DNA from: an uncultured Alphaproteobacteria bacterium | GTDB taxonomy: Bacteria; Pseudomonadota; Alphaproteobacteria; Rs-D84 | NCBI GenBank assembly: GCA_946623825.1 | Contig: CAMORN010000002.1 | Span: 20,237 to 84,236, forward strand | Length of the DNA: 64,000 nt | Reading direction: 5' to 3' | In this document: piece after piece, positions 29,089 to 39,771 of the stretch | Layout of the letters: each line of letters begins with the position of its first letter | Position numbering within the stretch: the stretch's first letter is position 1 | Translations under genes and position numbers: made by a program | The notes under the pieces: generated by a model | Told to the model about the DNA's origin: nothing | Seen by the model: the letters and a program-made list of their open reading frames with translations, nothing else | The model's database searches: none

Positions 29089-30717
29089 ATGCCAAACAAA
29101 GATGATAAATTTTTAACAGATGTTTCATCAAAACCGTCAATTCCGGCGGGACTTGAAAACGCAAACAGTAAAGATATTATTGATTATTTGTTTTCTAATC
29201 AAAACAGATTATTAACATCTTCCGTGGGTGAATTGGCTTTGCCGAAAGACACACAAAGTTTGATTGCATATTTTTCAAGTGGCGAAATTATTATTTCCAG
29301 AACACACAGATACGATGGTCGTGTTATTGCGTTTATAGATTTATTGCGTCAGAAAAATAAATTGATGAAACAACCTTTTTATTCTGATTTAGGTTTAATA
29401 TCAAACATTTATAAATATAACGACGAAAGGGTTGGCGGAATACATGCGCGTCCTGACTATGATAACCAGATGCAGAAAGATTTTGTTGATATTATTGCAC
29501 GTGCTGCATCGCAAAAGGTTTCTGATATTCACATAGAGGTCGCAGACCAAACAACAATTTATTTCCGTATAGATGGCAGTATGCAACCGGTTCTTGAATA
29601 CAATTCACAATGGGGTGAATCTTTCGTTCGTGCGGCGTTTGCATCGGCTGATATTTCTAATTCGAGTTATGCACAAAACGAATATCAAACCGCCCAGAAA
29701 GATGGACGAACACCATTGCGTGGAACAAAAGATTTATATTTGCCAAATGGTGTGTTGGGTATTCGTATGCAATTTAATCCGATTGCGTTTGGTTCGCAAT
29801 ATGTGGTTATGCGTTTGTTATATGATAACCCAAGCGAAGGTATAAAAACCGAACAAGAATTTAATGAATATGAACAAAAATTATTGATGCGTTTGCGTTC
29901 TGCACCAACTGGATTGGTTGTTGTTGCGGGTCCTACATCTTCTGGTAAATCTACGACATTGGTTCGCAATATGGCGTTGATGTTGAAAGAAAAAAGATAT
30001 GAAATAAATCTTATTACTGTGGAAGATCCTGCGGAACAAAAGATTTTTGGCGCACATCAAATGCCGGTTGTTAACACAACGAACGAAGAACAACGCGAAG
30101 AAAAATTTACAGAAGCCCTTGCGGCTGCTTTGCGAAGCGACCCTGATACATTAATGGTCGGTGAAATCAGAACATTATCTGCGGCGCAATTGACGGTCAA
30201 GGGCGCATTGTCTGGTCATAATGTGTGGACAACATTGCACGCTAATTCTGCGATGGGCGCGTTGACCCGTTTGTTGGATATGGGCGTGGAAGCTTTCAAA
30301 TTAAAAGATGAAACAATGATGCGTGGTTTGGTTTCTATGCGTTTATTTAAAAAATTGTGTCCACATTGTCGTGAAAGATTACTGGATAAAAGAAATCATC
30401 CGTCATATAACCGTGTTCGTGAAACATTGGGTGATTTAGGGTTGGCGCAAACATATGTTCGTGGTGTTGGTTGCGAATATTGTAATGGCACCGGAACAAT
30501 TGGTCGTGTCAAGGCGGGTGAAATTATTATCACAAACAGTGAATTTTTATCGCTTGCGCTGGCGGGGGAAACAGAAAGCGCAGTGAAATATTGGCTTGAA
30601 AAAATGAACGGACGAACACTGAAAGAATCTGCAATTGAATTGATGTTGCGTGGTATTATCGGTGTTGATGAATTGGAAGACAGGGTTGGTTTATTAGACA
30701 GACCATGGGTATATTAA
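29089..30717 (+). CDS. GspE/PilB/TcpT-family secretion ATPase
   Basis: Walker A VVAGPTSSGKSTTL, Asp box/Walker B, His box (MVGEIRTLSAAQL...GHNVWTTLHANSA), and a C-terminal tetracysteine motif CPHC...CEYCNGTG as in GspE/PilB. ATG 29089 directly follows the upstream stop. Confidence 0.85.
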   Translation: MPNKDDKFLTDVSSKPSIPAGLENANSKDIIDYLFSNQNRLLTSSVGELALPKDTQSLIAYFSSGEIIISRTHRYDGRVIAFIDLLRQKNKLMKQPFYSDLGLISNIYKYNDERVGGIHARPDYDNQMQKDFVDIIARAASQKVSDIHIEVADQTTIYFRIDGSMQPVLEYNSQWGESFVRAAFASADISNSSYAQNEYQTAQKDGRTPLRGTKDLYLPNGVLGIRMQFNPIAFGSQYVVMRLLYDNPSEGIKTEQEFNEYEQKLLMRLRSAPTGLVVVAGPTSSGKSTTLVRNMALMLKEKRYEINLITVEDPAEQKIFGAHQMPVVNTTNEEQREEKFTEALAAALRSDPDTLMVGEIRTLSAAQLTVKGALSGHNVWTTLHANSAMGALTRLLDMGVEAFKLKDETMMRGLVSMRLFKKLCPHCRERLLDKRNHPSYNRVRETLGDLGLAQTYVRGVGCEYCNGTGTIGRVKAGEIIITNSEFLSLALAGETESAVKYWLEKMNGRTLKESAIELMLRGIIGVDELEDRVGLLDRPWVY

Positions 30718-30720
30718 GAT

Positions 30721-31791
30721 ATGAATAAATTAGATTTGCTGTATGCAAAACTGGTTTTTAGAACAAATACTGATAAACGTATGGCGATTTCAAGAAAAAT
30801 CGCATCTCTGCTTCGTAATAATTTTACATTGATGGACGCGTTGCACCGTATTGAAATGATAGAATCATTTGACGGACGAAAACCAAATGAACCATTTGCA
30901 ATCGCAATGCGTGAAATTCAACAGAACCTTGAAAAAGGTATGACTTTCAGCGAGGCCACACGTGGTTGGGTTCCAAATGAAGAAACATTGCTTTTAATGT
31001 CTGGTAATGTGTCCAGTTTATTGGTTTCGCTTGAAAATGTATCGCGTGTTGTTGGTGGTATCAGAAGAATTAAACGCGCAATGTGGTCTGCGTTGGCATA
31101 TCCATTATTTTTGTTTTTATTGACGATTGGTATAATTATTATGGTTGGAATATATCTTGTTCCACCATTGGCACAAGCGGCGGGCAGCGATATTATATGG
31201 CGTGGCACGGCGGCGTCCCTGATATGGGTATCAGATTTTGCAAATAAATATTGGTATGTTTTTGCAGCCGGATTGGTTGGGGTGATATCTGTTGTATGGT
31301 TATCTTTGCCAATATGGACGGGAAAATTAAGAACCATGTTTGATAAATTACCACCATGGAATATTTATAAATTACAAACATCTGTTGGTTGGTTAATGTC
31401 ATTGGCTGCAATGGTGTCTGCGGGTGTGTCTGTGCCGGACGCGTTGCGTTTATTGATGGATTCATCAAACAGATATTTATCAAATATATTGGAAGAAACC
31501 CTGCATTATATTGCAAACGGTGAAAATTTGGGTTCTGCGCTGGCGTTGACTGGGAAAGATTTCCCAAATGGTGAAATCGTTGGCGATTTGATGATATATT
31601 CAGATATGAATGATTTCGCACAAAATCTGGACGATATCGCAAATGATTATATGGAAGAATCAGTTCGCCGTATGGAATCTATATCAAGTGTTTTAAACAG
31701 CATTGGTATTATATTAGTATCAATTATTATTGGGTGGATAGTTTTGGGCACTTTCCAGATGCAGGAACAAATCACCGCCGTTTTGATGTAA
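30721..31791 (+). CDS. GspF/PilC/TcpE-family inner-membrane platform protein
   Basis: 356-aa polytopic protein directly after the ATPase, with T2SS-F-like helical cytoplasmic segments alternating with TM helices. Size matches the type IVb platform proteins TcpE, BfpE and R64 PilR (about 340-365 aa). Confidence 0.55.
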   Translation: MNKLDLLYAKLVFRTNTDKRMAISRKIASLLRNNFTLMDALHRIEMIESFDGRKPNEPFAIAMREIQQNLEKGMTFSEATRGWVPNEETLLLMSGNVSSLLVSLENVSRVVGGIRRIKRAMWSALAYPLFLFLLTIGIIIMVGIYLVPPLAQAAGSDIIWRGTAASLIWVSDFANKYWYVFAAGLVGVISVVWLSLPIWTGKLRTMFDKLPPWNIYKLQTSVGWLMSLAAMVSAGVSVPDALRLLMDSSNRYLSNILEETLHYIANGENLGSALALTGKDFPNGEIVGDLMIYSDMNDFAQNLDDIANDYMEESVRRMESISSVLNSIGIILVSIIIGWIVLGTFQMQEQITAVLM

Positions 31792-32044
31792 ATAAAATTT
31801 ACTTGTAAAAATTTTTCTAAAATTGCTATGATAAAAATGTCGATAAAATTTTTTATCGGTGGGGTGTAGTAACCCGTTTAAAACAGCGTCGTAAAGCAGA
31901 CGAAAAATGCCTCCAACTTGAATAATGGTTGGAGGGTCGTGATATACATAAATAAACGGCACAATTTCTGTTTTAATTGTTACTAACCTCCAACCACCAA
32001 ATGTTTATGGTGGTTTTCTTGTTAAAAAAAGAAAGGGAGTAACC

Positions 32045-33268
32045 ATGTCACAAAAAATCTTTTTAACATCCGCGCTTGCGATGGGCGTGATAGCACCGGC
32101 ATTTGCGGAACCATCACATACGGGAACATTCCCAGCCGACGGCTATATGGAAGAAGATTACACATATACCAACGCGGCAACTGCAGACAACATGGACAGC
32201 GTATATGAAGGAACCGTAGATGCAGTCGCGGAATACGAAGATGTATTATATCAAATCGTCGCGGGACAATATTTACCGGCGGGCGCAGAATCACCAATAG
32301 ATTGTGATCAATCTGGTTATTTCTGTGCTGGTGTGCAAAATGGTGTTTATTATGACGCAAATAATAATCAGGGACTTACATCATGTTCGGATGCGACAAA
32401 CGGCGCATATACATTATCCGCCGGAACTGGTGACAGCGTAAATTCATGTTATCGTACATGTACAAATTCGGATGTTGCACATTCAACGGGAACAATGAAC
32501 GGTGGCTATTATTATGGTAATAACAACCAATGTGGCGCAACATCTTGCGTTAACGGATGGCATTTGAAAACCAGCATGAGCGGCGGCGAATTAGTAACCG
32601 CAATTGGTACAGGCGCCGGTGAAAACAGTGCTCATATTAAGGCAGACGGTACATTTGGTGAACAAAACTTTGATGGTCAGGGAGAAAAGGGGCAATCATA
32701 TTATGGCTTAACCGACAATAACACATGGGCGGTAGATTACGGCACCAACGGAATGTTGGTTGGTCAGGCTCGTTGTTCTACACAAGCAGGTGATAATAAT
32801 GGTGCTACATGGACAAACCCAACAATAACATCAAGTTTAACAGATGAAACCGGTCAAGCGGGGGCACAATATTGTTATTGTAATGTGACGGGATATAAAG
32901 GTACGGACGGCACCATGCAGAGCTTGTCCGCCCCTTGGGTGTTCTACGAAGGCTTCAGCGGTGGCGAGTCGGCTTGCGCATACGGCTGCGCTAACGACTG
33001 TGCGAGCATCTTGCGTATCACGGACTCGTCCTTCCTCGCGTTCCGTGCTGCGTTGTTGGGATCCGTTCAATCAAGTCCAGCGATGTGTGAGGCAAATGTT
33101 ATCAACATTAATTGGTCGAATGCAGATGCAGCTGATGTTATTGCAAACAATGCGGGTACCGCCACATACGGAAGTGATGTTCGTACCCCTGTTAAGGCAC
33201 AGACCATTAAGGGTAAAACATTCCGTGGTTGGCGTTTCAGCAAACCAGAACAAACCAATTTGCCATAA
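32045..33268 (+). CDS. Secreted Cys/Gly/Thr/Asn-rich protein of unknown function, compositionally foreign
   Basis: Sec signal peptide MSQKIFLTSALAMGVIAPAFA-EP; 407 aa with more than 20 Cys and almost no Lys/Ile, unlike the rest of the proteome. Its DNA is 45-60% GC against a 30-33% background, with GC-rich third codon positions. RBS AAGGGAG. It lies just downstream of the secretion ATPase and platform genes. Confidence 0.5.
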   Translation: MSQKIFLTSALAMGVIAPAFAEPSHTGTFPADGYMEEDYTYTNAATADNMDSVYEGTVDAVAEYEDVLYQIVAGQYLPAGAESPIDCDQSGYFCAGVQNGVYYDANNNQGLTSCSDATNGAYTLSAGTGDSVNSCYRTCTNSDVAHSTGTMNGGYYYGNNNQCGATSCVNGWHLKTSMSGGELVTAIGTGAGENSAHIKADGTFGEQNFDGQGEKGQSYYGLTDNNTWAVDYGTNGMLVGQARCSTQAGDNNGATWTNPTITSSLTDETGQAGAQYCYCNVTGYKGTDGTMQSLSAPWVFYEGFSGGESACAYGCANDCASILRITDSSFLAFRAALLGSVQSSPAMCEANVININWSNADAADVIANNAGTATYGSDVRTPVKAQTIKGKTFRGWRFSKPEQTNLP

Positions 33269-33314
33269 TCGGCAAAAACCAATTGGTGTGTTTTTTGTTT
33301 CGCACACCAATATA

Positions 33315-33377
33315 AAAAAGGGTTCCTTTCCCTTTTTTGTTCCTGAAAAAAATACCGGTGTTTACCGGTATTTTTAT
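33315..33377. terminator. Two tandem terminator hairpins between convergent genes
   Basis: AAAAAGGG-TTCCTTT-CCCTTTTTT (33315-33338) and AATACCGG-TGTTTA-CCGGTATTTTT (33346-33377, ACCGGT family). Confidence 0.55.
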
Positions 33378-33388
33378 TATCTTTTTAT

Positions 33389-33958
33389 TTAAGCCATAAA
33401 TGGCAGGTTTTCAAGCGTTCCTTCTGTAACCCTTACATTTACGTCTATCAGCATGAAAACTGAATCTGGGGACGTTTTTGTGTTTTCTGGGAATATATCT
33501 GTTGATAATAAATGGCTGGTGTTGACGGTCAATTTTGTAACCAAATGGTCGTCGTCTAACAGAGTATAAATTGGTCCAACATCATGAGGGGTATTTTGAC
33601 CGATTTCATGTTCGTTTTGTGGACAACGCAACCCGTCCAATATTGTTTTGACACGGTTATCTATGTCTGAACGTGGAACACCAACAATTTCAGGGTGCAT
33701 CAACAAAATATCTAATTCTGCAATCATTTTCAGGTTTGATGTAATGATTGGGTTAAAATCTATACCGCCGATATGACGGGTTATAATCGGGCTTTTTGTA
33801 GCGTCAGGCATCATAAATTTAGACAAATTGTTCCATGGTTGGAAATTCAGCAATTTCTTTAATTGTGGGTGAAATTGCATGCGGATATCCGCAATATGTT
33901 GGGCGCGTTTTTTCGGATTTGTTAAAATATCGCCATAGTAAAGTAATTTAAATTTCAT
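33389..33958 (-). CDS. RusA-like Holliday-junction resolvase superfamily protein with N-terminal extension
   Basis: PRSDIDNRVKTILDGL matches the RusA catalytic block RRRDLDNLQKAAFDAL (DxDNxxKxxxDaL). The downstream LLDDDHLVTKLTV matches the RusA WLDDAQVVDYRVV block. 189 aa. Confidence 0.45.
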   Translation of the reverse strand: MKFKLLYYGDILTNPKKRAQHIADIRMQFHPQLKKLLNFQPWNNLSKFMMPDATKSPIITRHIGGIDFNPIITSNLKMIAELDILLMHPEIVGVPRSDIDNRVKTILDGLRCPQNEHEIGQNTPHDVGPIYTLLDDDHLVTKLTVNTSHLLSTDIFPENTKTSPDSVFMLIDVNVRVTEGTLENLPFMA

Positions 33959-34062
33959 ACATTAAACCTTTTGGTTAAAAATAGTGATTTTTTATACCTT
34001 TTCACTTGATAATTATATCATAAATTGCTATGTTTTACATAGCAAAAAGAAAGGAATTTTAA

Positions 34063-36462
<2,400 letters not shown>

Positions 36463-36481
36463 TTAAAACAAGGGGGTAAAA

Positions 36482-36676
36482 ATGGCAGACGATTTAATAA
36501 AACAAAATGTTGAAAAAAGTCGTCTGGCAAAAACCCCCGACGAAATATTAAAATCTGTTCAGGCATTGAACGAAGCCAAAGAAAAAATCAAACAAAAAAT
36601 AATTGAATCTGATAAATCAACAGATAATTCTGTGTTGTACACCGCAATTACAAAATTTGGAAAAACAAATGCATAA
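36482..36676 (+). CDS. Small hypothetical protein (64 aa)
   Basis: Strong RBS AAGGGGGT 5 nt upstream, and its stop overlaps the start of the next gene. No homology recognised. Confidence 0.35.
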   Translation: MADDLIKQNVEKSRLAKTPDEILKSVQALNEAKEKIKQKIIESDKSTDNSVLYTAITKFGKTNA

Positions 36677-37322
36677 AATTTTTTCAAAAGATTGGTTTAT
36701 AGAAATTGAATCTAAACTGCGTGAAATGGGTTTGGACAGTGATGATAAATCTTTTGATGAAATAAAAGAAAATTTATCAAATCAAAAAAAATTAAATCCA
36801 ACTGAATTTGCAAGCACGGTTTCTTATGTTATATTGGCGGGCGGTTTTTCACAAAAAACTGCAAAAAGAATTCATAAAATAATTATGGATATGTTGCCGT
36901 CCGGAGCATCTGTTGAAGATTTATTAAATGTGTTTAACAATAAAAACAAAATAAATGCTATTTATAAAATTTGGAATAACAGACAAGATTTTTGTGATGG
37001 TTTTTATAAATGTTATACACTGGACGAAAAATTAAATTATCTGCAACATTTACCACATATCGGAAAAATAACTGCAAATCATTTGGCACGAAATTTGGGT
37101 GAAAATGTTGTAAAATATGATATTTGGATTCAAAGACTTGGTGTTGTGTACGGCAGAAATAGCGGGCTTGCTGAAAAAATAGATAATGGTAAATTGGACA
37201 GAGATATAAAAAAATGTTGTGATGAAATGTTTGAACATTTGCATAAACAAACAAATTTGCCAATTGGTTATATAGATGTTGTTTTATGGAAAGCTTTGCA
37301 GAACCATTTGATAGAGGTTTAA
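36669..37322 (+). CDS. HhH-GPD superfamily DNA glycosylase (putative)
   Basis: Helix-hairpin-helix LQHLPHIGKITANHLARNLG followed by ENVVKYDIWIQRLGVVYG, with the catalytic Asp in the expected position. ATG 36669 overlaps the upstream stop. Coupled to ung. Confidence 0.5.
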   Translation: MHKIFSKDWFIEIESKLREMGLDSDDKSFDEIKENLSNQKKLNPTEFASTVSYVILAGGFSQKTAKRIHKIIMDMLPSGASVEDLLNVFNNKNKINAIYKIWNNRQDFCDGFYKCYTLDEKLNYLQHLPHIGKITANHLARNLGENVVKYDIWIQRLGVVYGRNSGLAEKIDNGKLDRDIKKCCDEMFEHLHKQTNLPIGYIDVVLWKALQNHLIEV

Positions 37323-37325
37323 TTT

Positions 37326-37991
37326 ATGGATGTAAAAATTGAGCAATCTTGGAAAAATGTTTTGTCAGATGAATTTGAAAAAGAATATTTCAAAAAACTG
37401 ACTGATTTTGTTCGTGGTGAATATAAATCTGGAAAAATTATTTACCCAAAACCTCAAAATATTTTTAATGCGTTTAATTTATGTCCGTTATCGGATGTAA
37501 AAGTTGTTATTATCGGTCAAGACCCGTATCACGAACCGGGTCAGGCACACGGACTGTGTTTTTCAGTTGAAAACGGAATTGATTTGCCACCGTCTTTAAT
37601 CAATATTTACAAAGAAATAGAATCTGATATCGGACATAAATCAAAAACAAATGGTGATTTATCAGATTGGGCGCGTCAGGGTGTGTTATTATTAAATTCA
37701 ACACTTACAGTTCAGGCGCATCTGGCTGCTTCTCATTCAGGCAAGGGGTGGGAAACATTTACAGATTCTGTTATTCGTGCAGTATCTGAACACAGAAAAA
37801 ATGTTGTTTATTTATTGTGGGGTTCGTTCGCACAAAAGAAAGCAGATTTTGTGAACCCAGAACAAAATTTAATTTTAAAATCTGCACACCCATCACCATT
37901 ATCTGCATATCGTGGTTTTTTTGGTAATCATCATTTTTCAAAAACAAATGAATATTTAATTGCGCACGGCGAAACACCAATAGATTGGTAA
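37326..37991 (+). CDS. ung: Uracil-DNA glycosylase
   Basis: VVIIGQDPYHEPGQAHGLCFSV and HPSPLSA motifs of family-1 UDG. Confidence 0.92.
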   Translation: MDVKIEQSWKNVLSDEFEKEYFKKLTDFVRGEYKSGKIIYPKPQNIFNAFNLCPLSDVKVVIIGQDPYHEPGQAHGLCFSVENGIDLPPSLINIYKEIESDIGHKSKTNGDLSDWARQGVLLLNSTLTVQAHLAASHSGKGWETFTDSVIRAVSEHRKNVVYLLWGSFAQKKADFVNPEQNLILKSAHPSPLSAYRGFFGNHHFSKTNEYLIAHGETPIDW

Positions 37992-37995
37992 TTCT

Positions 37996-38565
37996 TTAAA
38001 AATTATGTGTTAACCCAATTCCATAAAAAGCATAAGAATGGTTTTCTTCGGCTGTGTTTGCGTTGGAAAAATGTTGAATAAATATTTCTGTTGCCCATAT
38101 TTTGTTGAAATTATATCCAAAACTTATTTTGAATTGAAACAATAATTTAGACCCAAGACGTTTGTTTTCTTTCGCTTGCAGGCCAACACCAGCGCCCATA
38201 CCCATATAAATTTTATCATATCTGAACATTGCTATATCTTCGCTGACATAGGCAATAGGAATTGAATAATCTTGCCAATTCCAGCCGTCTTTTCTTTCAA
38301 TTCCGATTGTTTGAGAAATATTTAATGAACGACGGGCAGGTATTCTGAAAAACTTTGTTGGTTGTGAATATTGCAAAGTCATAATGTAAAAAGGAACTGG
38401 ACGAACCGGTGGTGGTAATAAGATACCTGTGTCAAAACCTTGGCCAATACCAAAGCCAATTTGATTGCTGAAATCGCCCATAAAAGGGTCTTTTTCAGGT
38501 AAAAGACAGGTGTTAGCCATTGCGGTATTTGTGAACAAACAGAATAAAAATACAGATTTTTTCAT
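37996..38565 (-). CDS. Outer-membrane beta-barrel protein, PagL-like lipid A deacylase / acyloxyacyl hydrolase (putative)
   Basis: Signal peptide, 189 aa, C-terminal aromatic residue (..HNF), and an IQHFSNANTAEEN block resembling the His-x-Ser-Asn active-site region of the PagL family. Confidence 0.45.
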   Translation of the reverse strand: MKKSVFLFCLFTNTAMANTCLLPEKDPFMGDFSNQIGFGIGQGFDTGILLPPPVRPVPFYIMTLQYSQPTKFFRIPARRSLNISQTIGIERKDGWNWQDYSIPIAYVSEDIAMFRYDKIYMGMGAGVGLQAKENKRLGSKLLFQFKISFGYNFNKIWATEIFIQHFSNANTAEENHSYAFYGIGLTHNF

Positions 38566-38618
38566 GTTTGAATTTTATTCTAAATAACGCATATAATACA
38601 AATGACATGAATTCCTAG

Positions 38619-38646
38619 TTGCAAAGTGAAAAAAGTTTGTTATAAT
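38619..38646 (+). promoter_or_regulatory. Sigma-70-like promoter for tRNA-Met
   Basis: -35 TTGCAA (38619-24), 16-bp spacer, -10 TATAAT (38641-46). The tRNA begins 10 nt downstream. Confidence 0.5.
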
Positions 38647-38656
38647 GTTGCTTGCT

Positions 38657-38731
38657 GGCGGCGTAGCTCAGTGGTAGAGCAGAGGAATCATAATCCTTTG
38701 GTCAGGGGTCCGAATCCCTTCGCCGCTACCA
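38657..38731 (+). tRNA. tRNA-Met (CAU), elongator type or possibly tRNA-Ile2
   Basis: GGCGGCGUAGCUCAGUGGUAGAGCAGAGGAAUCAUAAUCCUUUGGUCAGGGGUCCGAAUCCCUUCGCCGCUACCA. Cloverleaf with a G1-U72 pair, anticodon CAU, encoded CCA. The T-loop reads UCCGAAU (C at position 55). Terminator hairpins follow at 38741-38766 and 38803-38826. Confidence 0.8.
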
Positions 38732-38824
38732 GAATAACAAACGACCCTTGTGGTCGTTTTTATTTTGTTATGGTCGCGAAAGATAGGGTGTTGGGATTTG
38801 GATACCGGTAAATACCGGTGTTTT

Positions 38825-39661
38825 TTATATGTTTTTTTCTGCTATATCAACAACATTTTCCATCAGACCTGCGATTGTCATTGGACCGATACCACCAGGG
38901 GTTGGGGTTATATAGCCTGCTGTTTTTTCACATGATTCAAAATCGCAATCGCCATGTAATTTTCCGTTTTCATCACGTTGCATACCAACATCTAATAATA
39001 CACAGTCTGGTTTTATCATGTCGCCCGTGATTTTTATTTTTCCAGTTGCGGCAACAATGATGTCTGCATTGCGGGTATATTCAGATAAATTTTGTGTTTT
39101 GCTGTGGCAAATTGTGACGGTTGCATTTCTTTTTAAAAACATCATTGCAGTTGGTTTTCCAACAATATCAGAACGACCAATTATAACTGTGTTTTTACCA
39201 ATGATGTTTATTTTGTATTCATCTAATATTTCCAATATTCCACGCGTGGTACATGGAATTATATAGTTATCGCCCGAACCACACATTTTACCAATATTAG
39301 CATCTGTGAAACCATCAACATCTTTTGTTTCGGAAACAGTGTTTAATACTGTTTTTGTGTCTATGTGTTTTGGCAGGGGTAATTGAATCAATATTGCGTT
39401 TACAGATTTATCATTATTTAATTTTTCAATAGTTGAAATTAAATCATTTGTTGTAGATGTTTCAGGCATACGAATAACATCTGTTTCAATACCGGCAATT
39501 TCAGCGAATTTTTCTTTGTTTCGGACATAAATTTGACTGGCTGGGTCATTACCAACCAATACGGCAACCAATTTTGGTTTAACAGACATATTATCAACAC
39601 GAATTCTCAATTCGTTTAATATACGATTTCTTAATGCAATACCGTCCATAATTACTGCCAT
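38825..39661 (-). CDS. folD: Bifunctional methylenetetrahydrofolate dehydrogenase/cyclohydrolase
   Basis: MAVIMDGIALRNRILNELR... N-terminus and a Rossmann GxSxxxGxP-type region (VIIGRSDIVGKP), typical of FolD; 278 aa. Confidence 0.9.
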   Translation of the reverse strand: MAVIMDGIALRNRILNELRIRVDNMSVKPKLVAVLVGNDPASQIYVRNKEKFAEIAGIETDVIRMPETSTTNDLISTIEKLNNDKSVNAILIQLPLPKHIDTKTVLNTVSETKDVDGFTDANIGKMCGSGDNYIIPCTTRGILEILDEYKINIIGKNTVIIGRSDIVGKPTAMMFLKRNATVTICHSKTQNLSEYTRNADIIVAATGKIKITGDMIKPDCVLLDVGMQRDENGKLHGDCDFESCEKTAGYITPTPGGIGPMTIAGLMENVVDIAEKNI

Positions 39662-39724
39662 ATTTACCCCCGTTTAGTGATTTACAATATAGCACCTTTT
39701 TCGTGTAAAACAATGATTATATTA

Positions 39725-39751
39725 TTGACACCGATATTTTCATGATATAAT
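39725..39751 (+). promoter_or_regulatory. Near-consensus promoter for the histidine phosphatase gene
   Basis: TTGACA (39725-30), 15-bp spacer, TATAAT (39746-51). RBS AAAGGAC before ATG 39772. Confidence 0.4.
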
Positions 39752-39771
39752 AAAAAGAAAAGGACTTGTTG

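Noticed and set aside
32022-33392. Five ORF-track entries overlapping the secreted-protein gene in other frames or strands (32022-32360 -, 32837-33070 -, 32961-33392 +, 33067-33282 -, 33071-33310 -).
   Set aside because: They lie inside the locally GC-rich segment where stop codons are rare by composition. They have atypical Arg/Pro/His-rich translations and no RBS. The frame with the signal peptide and an RBS is the real gene.
33959-34062. gyrB upstream region as a replication origin (gyrB near oriC in many bacteria).
   Set aside because: Only a single 8-bp inverted repeat is present, with no DnaA-box cluster (TTATCCACA-like). dnaA, dnaN and recF are absent from the neighbourhood, so there is no support for oriC here.
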